From Ignavibacteria bacterium (GTDB lineage Bacteria > Bacteroidota > Ignavibacteria > Tepidaquicellales > Tepidaquicellaceae): 24,000 bases of DNA. The position numbers were made by a program, and so were the translations under genes. Below are positions 23,227-24,000 of the stretch, piece after piece. The notes under the pieces are model-generated. The model worked only from the letters and a program-made list of their open reading frames with translations. It was not told where the DNA came from and made no database searches. Numbering within the stretch: the first letter of the stretch is position 1; each line of letters opens with the position of its first letter. The DNA lies in the NCBI GenBank assembly GCA_016704345.1, contig JADJAH010000037.1:116417-140416 (forward strand), written 5' to 3'.

Positions 23227-23949
23227 ATGCCAGAACTTTTCAAAAAGATAATTCTCCTTGGAAGACCCGCCTCGGGAAAATCAGAAGTGATCAACTATCT
23301 CAAGAATGCCTCAGCGGAGGACAGGCTAAACAGATTTCATGTTGGAAAGCTAAAAGAAGTTGACGACTTTCCGATGCTTTGGACGTGGTTCGAAGAAGAT
23401 GCAATACTTTCAAAAATGTTTGGAAAGCCAAGGATACATACTGATGACGAAGGATATTTTAAGCATGAATATCTCTGGCATTTGTTGATAGAGAGACTTT
23501 CGCTGGAATACGCAAAGTTGAAGAGAGACAATGCAGACTTGCATAATGATACAACAGTTCTGATTGAATTTTCCAGAGGAACAGAACATGGAGGCTACAA
23601 AGAAGCGTTTAAGCATCTTTCCAAAGATGTACTAGAAGATGCCGTAATAGTTTACATAAACGTTCCGTATGAAGAGTCGCTTCGCAAGAATAGAAAGAGA
23701 TTCAATCCAGACAAACCGGATAGTATTCTTGAACATGGATTGCCGGACGATAAGCTCGAGAAAATGTACAAACTTGTTGACTGGGAAGAAGTTTCCTCTG
23801 CATCAAAGACTCATATAAATATTAACGGGATTGAAGTTCCCTATGTAGTTTTTGAAAACATGCCATCAAAGACAGATGATCCTGAACTGCTGGGTCCTGC
23901 GCTGGATGAGGTGTTTACGCGATTATGGAATCTCTATCAAACCAATTAA
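23227..23949 (+). CDS. P-loop NTPase / small-molecule-kinase-like protein, function unknown
   Basis: 240 aa. The Walker A motif GRPASGKSE is at residues ~12-20 (KIILLGRPASGKSEVINYL). A hydrophobic strand plus acidic/polar segment (TTVLIEFSRG) is consistent with a Walker B/lid arrangement. The layout loosely recalls 6-phosphofructo-2-kinase/AAA_33-type kinases, but I cannot assign a substrate. Confidence 0.6.
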   Translation: MPELFKKIILLGRPASGKSEVINYLKNASAEDRLNRFHVGKLKEVDDFPMLWTWFEEDAILSKMFGKPRIHTDDEGYFKHEYLWHLLIERLSLEYAKLKRDNADLHNDTTVLIEFSRGTEHGGYKEAFKHLSKDVLEDAVIVYINVPYEESLRKNRKRFNPDKPDSILEHGLPDDKLEKMYKLVDWEEVSSASKTHININGIEVPYVVFENMPSKTDDPELLGPALDEVFTRLWNLYQTN

Positions 23950-24000
23950 AGTCATGATCCCATAATTTAACAACATCAAAGAAAATACACATCCACGCTC

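Noticed and set aside
1-24000. I looked for CRISPR arrays, IS elements or transposases, integrases, phage genes, toxin-antitoxin pairs and known defence-system signatures.
   Set aside because: I saw no spaced repeat arrays, terminal inverted repeats or recombinase/transposase-like translations. The only repeats are the 2 x 11 bp tandem at 7314-7335 and short palindromes.
1-24000. Because selD is present, I looked for selenocysteine recoding (TGA-interrupted ORFs with a downstream hairpin).
   Set aside because: Coding density leaves no unexplained split-ORF pairs, adjacent ORFs are distinct recognisable genes, and SelD itself uses Cys. I cannot exclude selenoproteins elsewhere in the genome.

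Overview
This is an AT-rich, densely packed chromosomal segment with about 21 protein-coding genes. I could not support any rRNA, tRNA, CRISPR array, transposase or integrase. The source is probably an FCB-group bacterium (Ignavibacteriota/Bacteroidota-like). This is an inference from three observations: two proteins end in typical T9SS (Por) C-terminal sorting domains, almost no gene has a Shine-Dalgarno sequence, and TAnnTTTG-type -7 promoter motifs occur upstream of several genes. Most of the window is core or peripheral metabolism. The recognisable genes are fumC, a true fumarylacetoacetase, selD-selU (the tRNA 2-selenouridine trait), an actinobacterial-style fused E2/E1o 2-oxoglutarate dehydrogenase (OdhA/Kgd-like) and paaABCD (phenylacetyl-CoA epoxidase, with no paaE in the window). 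There are also a sulfotransferase, a beta-lactamase-fold serine hydrolase, an orphan P-loop kinase-like protein and several secreted, lipoprotein or outer-membrane hypotheticals. The best candidate for a non-standard system is the minus-strand operon at 1772-7098. It encodes a 1024-aa signal-peptide beta-helix protein that ends in a dockerin-like double EF-hand and has no T9SS tail. Two tandem paralogs follow it, each built as N-terminal cohesin-like beta-sandwich, then FN3-like domain, then T9SS C-terminal domain, and a clean intrinsic terminator closes the operon. I read this as a possible cohesin-dockerin-type surface-docking module on T9SS-anchored scaffolds. That reading is a hypothesis from motif-level inspection only. 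A second point of interest is a conserved hypothetical at 7499-8473 with a K-x-R-T-G-G ... A-G-M-H-H-P-x-R-H motif. It leads a tight five-gene array that also contains the orphan fumarylacetoacetase and selD-selU. All functional calls come from reading the supplied translations and my own translation of the window edge. No database search was run.
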